Shown here piece by piece: positions 1 through 9,652 of a stretch of 64,000 bases of DNA. Position numbers and translations under genes: made by a program. Under the pieces are notes generated by a model. The model ran no database searches, was not told where the DNA came from, and saw only the letters and a program-made list of their open reading frames with translations. Each line of letters begins with the position of its first letter. Within the stretch, counting starts at the first letter, position 1. Source of the stretch: Kineococcus sp. SYSU DK019 (GTDB lineage: Bacteria > Actinomycetota > Actinomycetes > Actinomycetales > Kineococcaceae); NCBI RefSeq assembly GCF_050871625.1, contig NZ_JBJLRS010000003.1; one strand, 5' to 3'.

Positions 1-2
1 CC

Positions 3-1385
3 GAGTGGCTGCTGGCGCTCGTGAGCACCCTCGCGGCGCACGACGCGCGCACCCGGGCGCACGGCGAGCGGGTCCAGGCGTACGCCGCGCTGATCGGCCG
101 TGAGCTGGGGCTGCCCCCCGAGGACGTCGACCGGCTCAGCTGGGCCGCCCTGCTGCACGACGTCGGCAAGGTCCACGTCCCCGTCGACATCATCAACAAG
201 AACGGCCGGCCCACGGACGAGGAGTGGGCCACCCTGCAGGAGCACCCCTGCCACGGCGGCCGGCTGGTCCAGCCGTTGCGCACGTGGCTGGGCCCGTGGC
301 TCGACGGCGTGGAGCAGCACCACGAGCGGTGGGACGGCGGCGGGTACCCGCGGGGCCTGGCCGGCGAGGACGTCTCCCTCGCGGCGCGCGTCATCGCCGT
401 CGCGGACACCTACGACGTGATCACCTCGGCCCGCGCCTACAAGAAGCCGATGACGGCCGAGCAGGCCCGGGCGGAGATCACCCGCTGCGCCGGCGCCCAG
501 TTCGACCCCGACGTCGTCCGCGCGTTCCTCTCCATCGGCATCGGCCGGCTGCGGCTGATCGCCGGCCCGGCGACCCTGCTGGCAGCCCTGCCCGGGGTGG
601 GGGCCGCCCCCGCCCAGGCCCTGTCGACCGCCTCCACGGTCGCGCAGACCGCCGGCGGGCAGGTGCTGGCCGCCGTGCTCTCCGCCGGGGTCGGGGTGGG
701 CGCGGGCGTGACGGCCCCGGCGGCCCTGGCCGCCGCTCCCGCGGACGTGGCCGCCGTCGCGCAGCCCGTGGACACCACCGACGTGGCCGACGTGGCCAGC
801 GCGGCTGACGCGCCCGTGCCGCGCACCCCGGGCCCGAGCGCGACCACGAGCGCCACCCCCGCCCCCGTCGAGCCCTCCGCCCTGCCGACGCGGGCAGCGA
901 CCGAGCCCGCGGCCACGGGGACCTCCACCCCCACCGGCCCGGCGGTGCGCACCCTCACCTCGAGCCAGCGCCCGGAGCGCACGTCCGCGCCCCGTCGAGC
1001 GTCGACCCCCTCGACCAGCGCACCGACCGCCGCCCCGGCCAGTGCGACGGTGACGCCGACCGCCTCGCCGATGCGCACCGCCACGCCGACCGCTACGCCG
1101 ACCGCTACGCCGACCGCTACGCCGACCGCTACGCCGACCGCTACGCCGACCGCTACGCCGACCGCTACGCCGACCGCTACGCCGACCGCTACGCCGACCG
1201 CTACGCCGACCGCCACGCCGACCGCCACGCCGACCGCCACGCCGACCGCCACGCCGACCGCTACGCCGACCGCCACGCCGACCGCCACGCCGACCGCCAC
1301 GCCGACCGCCACGCCGACGCCCACCGGCAACTGCAGCGGCCACGGCAACGGTGGCGGCCAGGGCGACGGCCACGCCCACTGCTGA
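3..1385 (+). CDS. HD-GYP domain c-di-GMP phosphodiesterase-like protein, 5' end outside the window, with a long Pro/Thr/Ala-rich low-complexity C-terminal tail
   Basis: Motifs HDVGK and [11 protein letters not shown] are seen in the translation (HD-GYP signature). The frame is open to the window edge. The C-terminus is (TPTA)n. Confidence 0.7.
   Translation, partial: EWLLALVSTLAAHDARTRAHGERVQAYAALIGRELGLPPEDVDRLSWAALLHDVGKVHVPVDIINKNGRPTDEEWATLQEHPCHGGRLVQPLRTWLGPWLDGVEQHHERWDGGGYPRGLAGEDVSLAARVIAVADTYDVITSARAYKKPMTAEQARAEITRCAGAQFDPDVVRAFLSIGIGRLRLIAGPATLLAALPGVGAAPAQALSTASTVAQTAGGQVLAAVLSAGVGVGAGVTAPAALAAAPADVAAVAQPVDTTDVADVASAADAPVPRTPGPSATTSATPAPVEPSALPTRAATEPAATGTSTPTGPAVRTLTSSQRPERTSAPRRASTPSTSAPTAAPASATVTPTASPMRTATPTATPTATPTATPTATPTATPTATPTATPTATPTATPTATPTATPTATPTATPTATPTATPTATPTATPTATPTATPTPTGNCSGHGNGGGQGDGHAHC
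1075..1326 (+). repeat. Perfect in-frame 12-bp minisatellite, about 21 copies of acgccgaccgct/acgccgaccgcc, encoding (TPTA)n
   Basis: Direct reading shows about 11 gct-type units, then 4 gcc-type, 1 gct-type and 4 gcc-type. Confidence 0.9.
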
Positions 1386-1425
1386 CGCGCACCGCCACGG
1401 GCCCGCCGGGACCCGGCGCCGCGCG

Positions 1426-2301
1426 TCAGCCCAGCGCCCAGGCGCGCAGCCGGGTCGTCAGCTCCGGCCGCCGGGCCACCGGCTCGCCGTCCAGGTGGGT
1501 GACCTCCACCACGCCCCGCACGCTGGAGGTCAGCCACACCGCGTCAGCCGCCCGCAGCCGCCGCGGCGGCACGAGCTCGGCGCCGGTGGGCACCCCGGCC
1601 GCCGCGGCGCCGGCGAACACCACGCGCTGCGTGGTGCCGGGCAGCACGCCGGTGCCGTCCACGGGCGCGGTGAGCAGCCGGCCCCCGGTCGCCCACACGA
1701 CGCTGGACGTGGCCCCCTCCAGGACCAGGCCCTCGGCGGAGGTCAGCAGCGCGTCGTGCGCGCCGCGCCGGGCGGCCTCGCGCAGCGCGGCGGTGTGCAG
1801 CGCGTACGAGAGGACCTTCGCGCCGCCCAGCAGCCACGGCGCCGCGGCGTGCGCCCGCGCCGGGGTGCCGCGCGTCAGCGACACCACCCGCACCCCGTCG
1901 GCACGGGCGCGCAGCACCCCGGCGGGCACCGGGCGCAGCGTCGCCAGCCCGGTCGGCCCGCGGCCGGGCACGCCCCGCGTCAGGGTCAGGCGCAGCACCG
2001 CCTCGGCGCCGGCGGGCACCTCCCCGGTGAGCCGGGCGGCCAGCTCCTCCCACGCGGGGCGCTCGGGCTCCGGCAGGTCCAGGGCGAGCGCCGAGCGGGT
2101 GAGGCGGTCCAGGTGCGCGTCCAGGTGGACCACCCGCACCGGCGGCCCGCCGAGCACCAGGGCGGTCTCGAAGACGCCGTCCCCGCGGGCCGGGCCGGCG
2201 TCGTCGGCCGCGGCGACCGGCGCGTCCCAGGGCACCTCCGCGCCGCCCAGCACCGCGGTGCGCGCCCGCACGGGTCCGGTGGGGGCAGGGGCGCTCGTCA
2301 C
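1426..2301 (-). CDS. Class IV aminotransferase / aminodeoxychorismate lyase family protein
   Basis: The translation resembles PabC/IlvE-fold proteins, with the pattern ...VLEGATSSVVWATGGRLLTAP... Confidence 0.55.
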   Translation of the reverse strand: MTSAPAPTGPVRARTAVLGGAEVPWDAPVAAADDAGPARGDGVFETALVLGGPPVRVVHLDAHLDRLTRSALALDLPEPERPAWEELAARLTGEVPAGAEAVLRLTLTRGVPGRGPTGLATLRPVPAGVLRARADGVRVVSLTRGTPARAHAAAPWLLGGAKVLSYALHTAALREAARRGAHDALLTSAEGLVLEGATSSVVWATGGRLLTAPVDGTGVLPGTTQRVVFAGAAAAGVPTGAELVPPRRLRAADAVWLTSSVRGVVEVTHLDGEPVARRPELTTRLRAWALG

Positions 2302-2408
2302 CCGGGGAGTCTGGCGCAGCGCGCGGGCGGGCGGTGTCGGGCCCGCTCGGTAGGATCGGAGCGACAGCAGCTCCCCACAACGGAGGCGAACGGCCCACCG
2401 GGCCGACC

Positions 2409-3476
2409 ATGGCCAGCAACGACCCCACCACCCCCGCCGAGGGCGTGCCCGGCGTCGAACCGGCGGCGACCGCCCGCCACGTCGTCGTCGTGCCCGCCGA
2501 CGTCTCGATGGTCTCGCTCCTGGGCCCGCGCGACGAGCTCCTGCGCGTGCTGGAGCGGGCCTTCACCCGCGCCGACGTCCACGTGCGCGGCAACGAGATC
2601 ACCGTCACCGGGTCCGCCGGCGAGGTCGCCCTCGTCGAGCGCCTCGTCGACCAGATGCTCGCCGTGCTCGCCGCCGGCCAGCCGCTGTCCCCGGACGCCG
2701 TGGAGCGCTCCGTGGCGATGCTGCGCGCCCAGGCCGCCGGCACCGGCAGCGAGCGCCCGGCCGACGTGCTGACGCTGAACATCCTGTCCAGCCGCGGGCG
2801 CACGATCCGCCCCAAGACGGTCAACCAGAAGCACTACGTCGACGCCATCGACGACCACACCGTCGTCTTCGGCATCGGCCCGGCCGGCACCGGCAAGACG
2901 TACCTGGCGATGGCCAAGGCCGTGCAGGCGCTGCAGGCCAAGCAGGTCAACCGCATCGTGCTGACCCGCCCGGCCGTCGAGGCCGGTGAGCGCCTCGGCT
3001 TCCTGCCGGGCACGCTGACGGACAAGATCGACCCGTACCTGCGCCCGCTGTACGACGCGCTGCACGACATGCTCGACCCGGACTCCATCCCCCGGCTCAT
3101 GGCGGCGGGCACGATCGAGGTGGCCCCGCTGGCGTACATGCGCGGGCGCACCCTGAACGACGCCTTCATCATCCTCGACGAGGCGCAGAACACCTCGCCC
3201 GAGCAGATGAAGATGTTCCTCACCCGGCTGGGGTTCGGCTCCAAGGTCGTCGTCACCGGCGACGTGACGCAGGTCGACCTGCCCAGCGGCACCGAGTCCG
3301 GCCTGCGCGTGGTGCAGGACATCCTCGAGGGCATCGAGGACGTGCACTTCTCCCGGCTGACGAGCACCGACGTCGTGCGCCACCGGCTGGTCTCGGAGAT
3401 CGTCGACGCGTACGGCCGCTGGGAGGACGCCCGGCCGGCCCGTGCGCAGCAGCCGCAGCAGCGCGGGCGGCGGTGA
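2409..3476 (+). CDS. phoH: PhoH-family ATPase
   Basis: Walker [12 protein letters not shown] and the rest of the translation resemble the PhoH/YbeZ family. The start was moved to the internal ATG (MASNDP). Confidence 0.85.
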   Translation: MASNDPTTPAEGVPGVEPAATARHVVVVPADVSMVSLLGPRDELLRVLERAFTRADVHVRGNEITVTGSAGEVALVERLVDQMLAVLAAGQPLSPDAVERSVAMLRAQAAGTGSERPADVLTLNILSSRGRTIRPKTVNQKHYVDAIDDHTVVFGIGPAGTGKTYLAMAKAVQALQAKQVNRIVLTRPAVEAGERLGFLPGTLTDKIDPYLRPLYDALHDMLDPDSIPRLMAAGTIEVAPLAYMRGRTLNDAFIILDEAQNTSPEQMKMFLTRLGFGSKVVVTGDVTQVDLPSGTESGLRVVQDILEGIEDVHFSRLTSTDVVRHRLVSEIVDAYGRWEDARPARAQQPQQRGRR

Positions 3477-3483
3477 GGCCCGC

Positions 3484-4014
3484 GTGAGCATCGACGTCGT
3501 CGACGAGAGCAGCTTCGCGGCCGGCCGCGGCGTGGACACCGTGGAGGTGGCCGCGCTCGCCCGGCACGTGCTGGACGAGATGCGGGTGCACCCCCTGGCC
3601 GACCTGTCCGTCCTCATGGTGGACGGCGAAGCCATGTCGCGGCTGCACGAGCAGTGGATGGACGAGCCCGGCCCCACCGACGTCATGTCCTTCCCGATGG
3701 ACCAGCTGCGCCCCGGCCGCGAGGGGCAGACCTCCGAGCCCGGCCTGCTGGGCGACGTCGTGGTGTGCCCGGAGGTCGCCGCCGCGCAGGCCGCGGCCTC
3801 CGGGCACGCCACCGCCGACGAGGTCCTGCTGCTGGTGACCCACGGCATCCTGCACCTGCTGGGCTACGACCACGCCGAGCCGGAGGAGGAGCGGGAGATG
3901 TTCACCCTGCAGCGCCGGCTGGTGCTGGGGTTCCTGGCCCGCATCGGCCGGCCCGGCGACCCGACCCCCACGGTGGGGCACCGCGCGCTGCCCGGCTCCG
4001 GCTCCCAGGGCTGA
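3484..4014 (+). CDS. ybeY: rRNA maturation endoribonuclease YbeY
   Basis: [11 protein letters not shown] zinc-binding motif. The GTG start lies after the phoH stop. Confidence 0.85.
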   Translation: MSIDVVDESSFAAGRGVDTVEVAALARHVLDEMRVHPLADLSVLMVDGEAMSRLHEQWMDEPGPTDVMSFPMDQLRPGREGQTSEPGLLGDVVVCPEVAAAQAAASGHATADEVLLLVTHGILHLLGYDHAEPEEEREMFTLQRRLVLGFLARIGRPGDPTPTVGHRALPGSGSQG

Positions 4015-4025
4015 GGGCCGACGCC

Positions 4026-5366
4026 GTGGGGGCCCCTGCCGTCCCGCTGCTGCTGCTGGCGCTCGTCCTCGTCGTGGCCGCCGGTCTGGTCGCCGCCGCC
4101 GAGTCCGCCGTCGCGGGCACGTCCCGGCGCCGGGCCCGGGAGCTGGAGGCCGACGGCCGGCGCGGTGCCGGTGCGCTGCTGCGGGTCCTGGAGTCGGCCG
4201 CACCGGTGCTGACCGTCTGCACCCTGGTCCGCGTCGTCTTCGAGACCCTCGCGGCGGTGTGCGTCACCGTCGTGGTCGCCAGCTGGTCCGACGCCTGGTG
4301 GGTGGTCCTGCTCGCCGCGGGCCTGGGCATGTCGGCCCTGGACTTCGTGCTCGTGGGCGTGGGCCCGCGCACCCTCGGGCGGTTGCACGCCGAGACCGTC
4401 GGCCTGCTGGCCGCGCCCGTGCTCGCCCCGCTGAGCCGGCTGCTGGGCCCGGTGGCGCACGCGCTGGTGCTCGTCGGCAACGCCGTGACGCCCGGCCGCG
4501 GCACCCCGCACGGACCGTTCGGCACCGAGGCGGAGCTGCGCGAGATCGTCGAGCTGGCGGGCGAGACGGCCGTCATCGAGGCCGGCGAGCACCGCATGAT
4601 CCACTCGGTCTTCGAGCTGGGCGACACGCGCGTGCGCGAGGTCATGGTCCCGCGCACCGACGTCGTCTCGCTGCGCCGCGGCACCGGCCTGCACGAGGCC
4701 GAGGAGCTGCTGCTGCGCTCGGGGTTCTCGCGCGCACCCGTCGTGGGCGAGGACGCCGACGAGGTGCTCGGCGTGCTCTACCTCAAGGACGTCGCCCGCC
4801 GCTTCCACGACGACCCCGCCGCCGCGCGCCGCACCCCCGTGGAGGACGTCGCCCGGCCGGCCGCGTTCGTGCCCGACAGCCTCCCGGTGGACGACCTGCT
4901 CAAGCGGATGCAGCACGACACCACGCACGTGGCGATCGTCGTCGACGAGTACGGCGGCACGGCGGGACTGGTGACCATCGAGGACGCCATCGAGGAGATC
5001 GTCGGCGACATCGCCGACGAGTACGACCGCGGCGCCCCCGACGTGGAGGAGCTGGGTGACGGCGGCTACCGGGTCTCGGCGCGCCTGGCCGTGGACGAGG
5101 TCGGTGAGCTGTTCGGCATCGAGATCGACGACGAGGAGGTCGACACCGTCGGCGGGCTGCTCGCCAAGACCCTCGGGGAGGTCGTCGTGCCCGGCTCGGC
5201 GGCGCAGGTGCACGGGCTGCACCTGGAGGCCGAGCGCCGCGGTGGCCGGCGCAACCAGGTCCGCACGGTCCTGGTGCACCGCGCCGACGCCCCCGTGCAC
5301 GAGGACGGCGGCGCGGACGAGCAGGAGGGGGAACTGGTGAGCGGTGCGGGAGGTCGGCGTGAGTGA
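4026..5366 (+). CDS. CorC/HlyC-family membrane protein (DUF21-CBS-CorC_HlyC, TlyC-like)
   Basis: N-terminal transmembrane segments, a CBS pair, and a transporter-associated C-terminal domain. The N-terminal extension in the ORF track is out of frame with ybeY, so the start was trimmed to GTG 4026. Confidence 0.8.
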   Translation: MGAPAVPLLLLALVLVVAAGLVAAAESAVAGTSRRRARELEADGRRGAGALLRVLESAAPVLTVCTLVRVVFETLAAVCVTVVVASWSDAWWVVLLAAGLGMSALDFVLVGVGPRTLGRLHAETVGLLAAPVLAPLSRLLGPVAHALVLVGNAVTPGRGTPHGPFGTEAELREIVELAGETAVIEAGEHRMIHSVFELGDTRVREVMVPRTDVVSLRRGTGLHEAEELLLRSGFSRAPVVGEDADEVLGVLYLKDVARRFHDDPAAARRTPVEDVARPAAFVPDSLPVDDLLKRMQHDTTHVAIVVDEYGGTAGLVTIEDAIEEIVGDIADEYDRGAPDVEELGDGGYRVSARLAVDEVGELFGIEIDDEEVDTVGGLLAKTLGEVVVPGSAAQVHGLHLEAERRGGRRNQVRTVLVHRADAPVHEDGGADEQEGELVSGAGGRRE

Positions 5367-6300
5367 GCAGCGGGAGCAGGGGCGCGGGGAGGAGCGGGCC
5401 CGGGAGCACCGATCCGGGTTCGCCTGCCTGGTGGGCCGGCCGAACGCCGGCAAGTCCACCCTGACCAACGCCCTGGTGGGGCAGAAGGTCGCCATCACCT
5501 CCAGCCGGCCGCAGACCACGCGGCACACCGTGCGCGGTGTCCTGCACCGCCCCGACGCGCAGCTGGTGCTCGTGGACACCCCCGGCCTGCACCGCCCCCG
5601 CACGCTGCTGGGCCAGCGGCTGAACGACCTCGTGCACGAGACGCTCGCCGAGGTCGACGTGGTCGCGCTGTGCGTGCCCGCCGACGAGCGCATCGGCCCC
5701 GGCGACCGCTTCATCGCCGAGGCGCTGGCCGCCGCCCCCCGCTCGGTGAAGGTCGCCCTGGTCACCAAGACCGACAAGGTGCGCCCGGAGCGGGTGGCCG
5801 AGCAGCTGCTCGCCGTCAGCGCCCTGGGCGATGAGCTGCTGGGCGGTTTCGCCGACGTCGTGCCCGCCTCCGCCGTCACCGGCGAGCAGGTCGACGTGGT
5901 GGCCGACGTGCTGCTCTCGCACCTGCCGCCCGGCCCCAGGATGTACCCCGACGGCGAGCTGACCGACGAGCCGGAGAACGTCATGGTCGCCGAGCTGGTG
6001 CGCGAGGCGGCGCTGGAGGGCGTGCGCGACGAGATGCCCCACTCCCTGGCGGTGGTCGTGGAGGAGACGACCCGCCGGGAGAGCGGCCTGCTGGAGGTCC
6101 ACGTGTGGCTGTACGTGGAGCGGGAGAGCCAGAAGGGCATCATCATCGGCCGCGGCGGTGCGCGCCTGAAGGACGTCGGCACCCGTGCGCGCCGCTCCAT
6201 CGAGGCGCTGCTCGGTGAGCGCTGCCACCTGGACCTGCGGGTGAAGGTCGCCAAGGACTGGCAGCGCGACCCCAAGCAGCTGCAGCGCCTGGGCTTCTAG
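5344..6300 (+). CDS. era: GTPase Era
   Basis: G1 motif GRPNAGKST followed by TTR, DTPG and a KH domain. The exact start is uncertain. Confidence 0.9.
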   Translation: MREVGVSEQREQGRGEERAREHRSGFACLVGRPNAGKSTLTNALVGQKVAITSSRPQTTRHTVRGVLHRPDAQLVLVDTPGLHRPRTLLGQRLNDLVHETLAEVDVVALCVPADERIGPGDRFIAEALAAAPRSVKVALVTKTDKVRPERVAEQLLAVSALGDELLGGFADVVPASAVTGEQVDVVADVLLSHLPPGPRMYPDGELTDEPENVMVAELVREAALEGVRDEMPHSLAVVVEETTRRESGLLEVHVWLYVERESQKGIIIGRGGARLKDVGTRARRSIEALLGERCHLDLRVKVAKDWQRDPKQLQRLGF

Positions 6301-6336
6301 GGGCGTGCGCGCCGTGCCCGCGGGAGCACCGGCCCG

Positions 6337-7215
6337 GTGAGCGGCGGGGCGCGGCTGCGCTGGCTGGGGCACTCCACCGCCGTGCTCGACGCGGTGGGCG
6401 TGCGAGTGGTCACCGACCCGGTGCTGCGCCCCGGTCTGGCGCACCTGCGCCGGCGCCCGCCGCTGCCGGACCCGGAGCACTCCGCCGACCCGGCCCTGGT
6501 GCTGGTCTCGCACCTGCACCACGACCACCTGGACCTGCCCTCCCTGCGGCGGTTGCGCCCGCGCTGGGTGGTGGCCCCGCCCGGTGCCGCCGCGTGGCTG
6601 CAGCACCGGCTGCGCGGCACCGGCAGCGCGGTGGTGGAGGCCGCCGCGGGCCGGCGGCTGGACCTGCCCGGCCCGTCGGGCACGATCGCGGTGACGGCGC
6701 TGCCCGCCCACCACGACGGCGGGCGCACCCTGGGGCGGGTGACCGGCGCGCCCGTGGACTCGCTGGCGGTCGGTCACCTGGTGCGGCTGCCCCGGGTGTT
6801 CCCCGATCGCGAGCGGGCCGACGGCGGGCCGGACCTGCTGCTGTGGGCGCTGGGCGACACCGGTCCCTTCGACGGCCTGGCCGCTGCCGTGCTGGCCGCC
6901 GCCGGGCGGCGCCCGGACGTGGCCCTGGTGCCGGTGGGCGGGTGGTGGCGCACGCTGGGCCCGCACCACCTGGACCCGGAGGAGGCGGCCGCGGAGGTGA
7001 ACGCGGTGGGCCCGGCCGTGGCGGTGCCGGTGCACTGGGGCACGCTCGCGCCGCTGGGCCTGGCCCGGGCCATGGGGGACCGGTGGACGGCCCCCGGACG
7101 CCGGTTCGCGCGGGCGGTCGCGGCCGGTGGCGCTTCCCGGGCGGTGCTGCTGGCACCCGCCGGTGCGCTCGACCTGGACGGCGCGGGGCTGCTGCGGGTG
7201 CCGGCGGCCCGCTGA
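6337..7215 (+). CDS. MBL-fold metallo-hydrolase
   Basis: The HxHxDH motif (SHLHHDHLD) is seen in the translation. Confidence 0.6.
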   Translation: MSGGARLRWLGHSTAVLDAVGVRVVTDPVLRPGLAHLRRRPPLPDPEHSADPALVLVSHLHHDHLDLPSLRRLRPRWVVAPPGAAAWLQHRLRGTGSAVVEAAAGRRLDLPGPSGTIAVTALPAHHDGGRTLGRVTGAPVDSLAVGHLVRLPRVFPDRERADGGPDLLLWALGDTGPFDGLAAAVLAAAGRRPDVALVPVGGWWRTLGPHHLDPEEAAAEVNAVGPAVAVPVHWGTLAPLGLARAMGDRWTAPGRRFARAVAAGGASRAVLLAPAGALDLDGAGLLRVPAAR

Positions 7216-7242
7216 GCGGCCCGGCGGCGCCGGCCGGTGCGC

Positions 7243-7827
7243 TCACGTGGCCGCGAGCGCGGGCAGGCCCAGGGCGAGGAACCGCGCCGAGCGCCCGGCG
7301 AGGCAGCAGACGGTGAACAGGGGCACCGGGGTCCGGCGCAGGCCCGCCGCGATGCTCGTCACCGCCAGCGGGGGGACGCCCGTGGTCGCGCTCAGCAGCA
7401 CGACCGGGCCCGCCCAGCGGCTCGAGTCCAGCGCCGCCAGGCAGCGCTCGCCCCAGCGGCGCACCGCCCGCGCGGCCCGCGCCCACCACGCCGTCCGCGG
7501 GGGCGGTGCCGGTGCCGCACCGGGGGGCTCCGCACCGGGCGGCGCCCCGCTGGTGCGGCCCCGCCCCCGCCCCCGCCGCCGGGGGCGGTGCAGCAGGCCC
7601 ACCAGCCGGTGAGCGCCGTGGCGCGCGGCGAGCATCAGCGCCACCTTGCCGAGCGTCTGGCCCAGCGCCACGCCGAGGACCACGGCCACGGCCGTGCGGG
7701 GCCTGCCGACGGCGGCGGCGAGCACCACCGCCTCGGCGTTGACGACCGGCAGGACGGCCGAGACGGCTCCCACGGCGATCGCGGCGAGGACCTCCAGCGC
7801 GACACCGGTGGCGCTCAGGTCCTCCAC
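7243..7827 (-). CDS. DedA/VTT (SNARE-associated) family membrane protein
   Basis: Hydrophobic, with an LPVVNAEAVVLAAAVG VTT-like segment. Assignment is by family resemblance only. Confidence 0.45.
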   Translation of the reverse strand: MEDLSATGVALEVLAAIAVGAVSAVLPVVNAEAVVLAAAVGRPRTAVAVVLGVALGQTLGKVALMLAARHGAHRLVGLLHRPRRRGRGRGRTSGAPPGAEPPGAAPAPPPRTAWWARAARAVRRWGERCLAALDSSRWAGPVVLLSATTGVPPLAVTSIAAGLRRTPVPLFTVCCLAGRSARFLALGLPALAAT

Positions 7828-7834
7828 CGGCGCG

Positions 7835-8452
7835 TCACCGCGGGGTCCGGCTCAGACGGGCGACCCGGACGGCCGAGAGGCACTTGACGACCAGCACGGC
7901 CACGGCGACCGCCGTCGCCGCACCCTCGAGGCCCAGGACGAGGCACGCCACCACGCCCGAGGTGTTCAGCGCCTTCGCCGGCCTCGACCAGTTCCACAGC
8001 CAGACCCGCCGGTCGACGAGGTGGAAGTGGTTGGGGCTGACCAGCGGCCAGCGCAGGAAGGCCAGCGACAGCAGGCAGTCCACGACCATGAACTGCAGCA
8101 GGAACACCGCTGCGGGCACGGCGATGGAGGGGTGCCAGCCGAGGTAGGTCGTCAGCAGCACGGCGGTGCAGGCGCGGTCGCTGAGGATGTCCAGCACCGC
8201 CCCCTGGCGCGTCTCCTGGTCCATCAGGCGCGCCACGGCGCCGTCGAGCACGTCGCCCACCCAGTACACCAGGTACGCCACCAGCAGCAGCGCCGGTGAG
8301 CCGGTGGCGGCCGCCGCGCACCCGAGCGCGACCGCGACCGCGGTGCGCACCGCGGTGACCGCGTTCGCCGCCGTCGTCCACGGCTCCGCGACGCCCGGCG
8401 CCGCGGTGCGGGGGGCGGGGTGGGGAGCTGTCCGGGAGAACGGCATGGCTCC
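7835..8452 (-). CDS. CDP-alcohol phosphatidyltransferase family protein
   Basis: The motif VGDVLDGAVARL matches D-G-x2-A-R. The start is ATG MPFSRT. The long upstream extension in the ORF track is antisense to the ABC ATPase and was rejected. Confidence 0.65.
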   Translation of the reverse strand, partial: GAMPFSRTAPHPAPRTAAPGVAEPWTTAANAVTAVRTAVAVALGCAAAATGSPALLLVAYLVYWVGDVLDGAVARLMDQETRQGAVLDILSDRACTAVLLTTYLGWHPSIAVPAAVFLLQFMVVDCLLSLAFLRWPLVSPNHFHLVDRRVWLWNWSRPAKALNTSGVVACLVLGLEGAATAVAVAVLVVKCLSAVRVARLSRTPR

Positions 8453-8544
8453 TCCACCGTAGTCGCGCGCGTGCGCCCCGTGGTGGATCTGCACGTCACC
8501 CTCTCGGGGGCCACCCGTTTTGACAGGTGCGGGCGTCCTCGCGT

Positions 8545-8655
8545 TTGATGACGCCACCATCCAGAGCGGCCGAGAGACCTGGCTCGACGACGCCGCAGCA
8601 ACCTCCATCAGCTCCCTGGCCGGAGCGGGCGGTGCGGTGCTCACGCCAGGAGCGA
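8545..8655 (+). promoter_or_regulatory. SAM riboswitch aptamer (SAM-I/S-box-like core) in the 5' leader of the ABC transporter operon
   Basis: The core CCAUCCAGAGCGGCCGAGAGACCUGGCUCGACGACGCCGCAGCAACC is present, with a P1 closing helix CCAUC...GAUGG. The 3' strand GAUGGAGG lies just upstream of the GTG start and so overlaps the SD sequence. Confidence 0.7.
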
Positions 8656-8665
8656 TGGAGGAGCA

Positions 8666-9589
8666 GTGTCGGCCGTACCCACGCGTCCCGCGTCCAGTCC
8701 AGCCACGTCCGGCGCCGCCGTGCCCGGCCCCGCCGTGCCCGGCCCCGCCGTGCCCGGCCCCGCCGTGCCCGGCCCCGCCGCGGGAGCGCCCGGCGGTGCG
8801 CCCGCGGCGCAGCGCGTCGAGGCCGCCGGCGTCGCCCTGCGGGGGGTGGGGCGCTCGTTCACCACCGGCTCCGGCCGGCACGACGTCCTGGCCGGGGTGG
8901 ACCTGGACGTGGCGCCCGGCAGCACCGTGGCCCTGCTGGGCGCGTCCGGCTCCGGCAAGTCCACCCTGCTGCGCCTGGTCGCCGGGCTGGACGCCCCCAC
9001 CTCCGGCACCGTGGAGGTCGGCGGCGAGGCGGTGCGCGGGGTGGGCGGGCGCACGGCCGTGGTGTTCCAGGAGCCGCGGCTGCTGCCGTGGCGGGACCTG
9101 GCCGGCAACGTCGCCCTGGGGCTGCCGCTGGGCACCCCCCGCGCCGAGGGGCGCGCGCAGGTGCTGCACCAGCTGGAGACCGTGGGCCTGGCCGGGTTCG
9201 CCGGTCACCGCCCGCGCCGGGTGTCCGGCGGCATGGCCCAGCGCGCCGCGCTGGCCCGCGCCCTGGTGCGCCGCCCCGGTGTCCTGCTGCTGGACGAGCC
9301 GTTCGCCGCGCTCGACGCCCTGACCCGCCTGAAGATGCAGGACCTGCTGGACGACGTGCAGCGCGGCACCGGCGCGACCGTCCTGTTCGTCACCCACGAC
9401 GTCGACGAGGCGCTGCACCTGGCCGACCGCGTGCTGGTGCTGGGAACCACCGAGGGCCGTGCCGGCGCCCACGTCGTGCGCGACCTGGCCGTGGGGCCGT
9501 CGCGCCCGCGCGACCGGGGCGACGCCGACCTCGCCCACCTGCGCGTGGAACTGCTCGAACTGCTCGGCGTGCCGCGCGCGCACGCCTGA
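8666..9589 (+). CDS. ABC transporter ATP-binding protein (NitT/TauT-type, SsuB/TauB-like)
   Basis: Walker A GASGSGKST, signature VSGGMAQR and Walker B LLLDEP. The N-terminus carries an (AVPGP)4 repeat. Confidence 0.85.
   Translation: MSAVPTRPASSPATSGAAVPGPAVPGPAVPGPAVPGPAAGAPGGAPAAQRVEAAGVALRGVGRSFTTGSGRHDVLAGVDLDVAPGSTVALLGASGSGKSTLLRLVAGLDAPTSGTVEVGGEAVRGVGGRTAVVFQEPRLLPWRDLAGNVALGLPLGTPRAEGRAQVLHQLETVGLAGFAGHRPRRVSGGMAQRAALARALVRRPGVLLLDEPFAALDALTRLKMQDLLDDVQRGTGATVLFVTHDVDEALHLADRVLVLGTTEGRAGAHVVRDLAVGPSRPRDRGDADLAHLRVELLELLGVPRAHA
8716..8775 (+). repeat. 15-bp x 4 perfect tandem repeat (cgccgtgcccggccc) inside the N-terminus of the ABC ATPase
   Basis: Direct reading of the nucleotide sequence. 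Confidence 0.85.
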
Positions 9590-9652
9590 GCCCCGGCCCC
9601 CGGCCCGGGCACCGCTGCACCCGCGAACCCCGCGGCAGCCCTGCGAACCCCC

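Noticed and set aside
1075-1326. Possible CRISPR array because of the regular short repeats
   Set aside because: The units are contiguous with no spacers and are in frame inside a CDS, so this is a coding minisatellite. No cas genes are in the window.
3654-4025. N-terminal extension of the CorC/HlyC ORF overlapping ybeY
   Set aside because: It lies in a different frame from ybeY and is Arg/Pro-rich nonsense. A GTG at 4026 directly after the ybeY stop gives a normal DUF21 N-terminus.
7835-9583. 582-aa ORF on the - strand
   Set aside because: Only the C-terminal 205 aa (7835-8452) carry the CDP-alcohol phosphatidyltransferase motif. The upstream part is antisense to the well-supported ABC ATPase and contains the mirror image of its (AVPGP)4 repeat.
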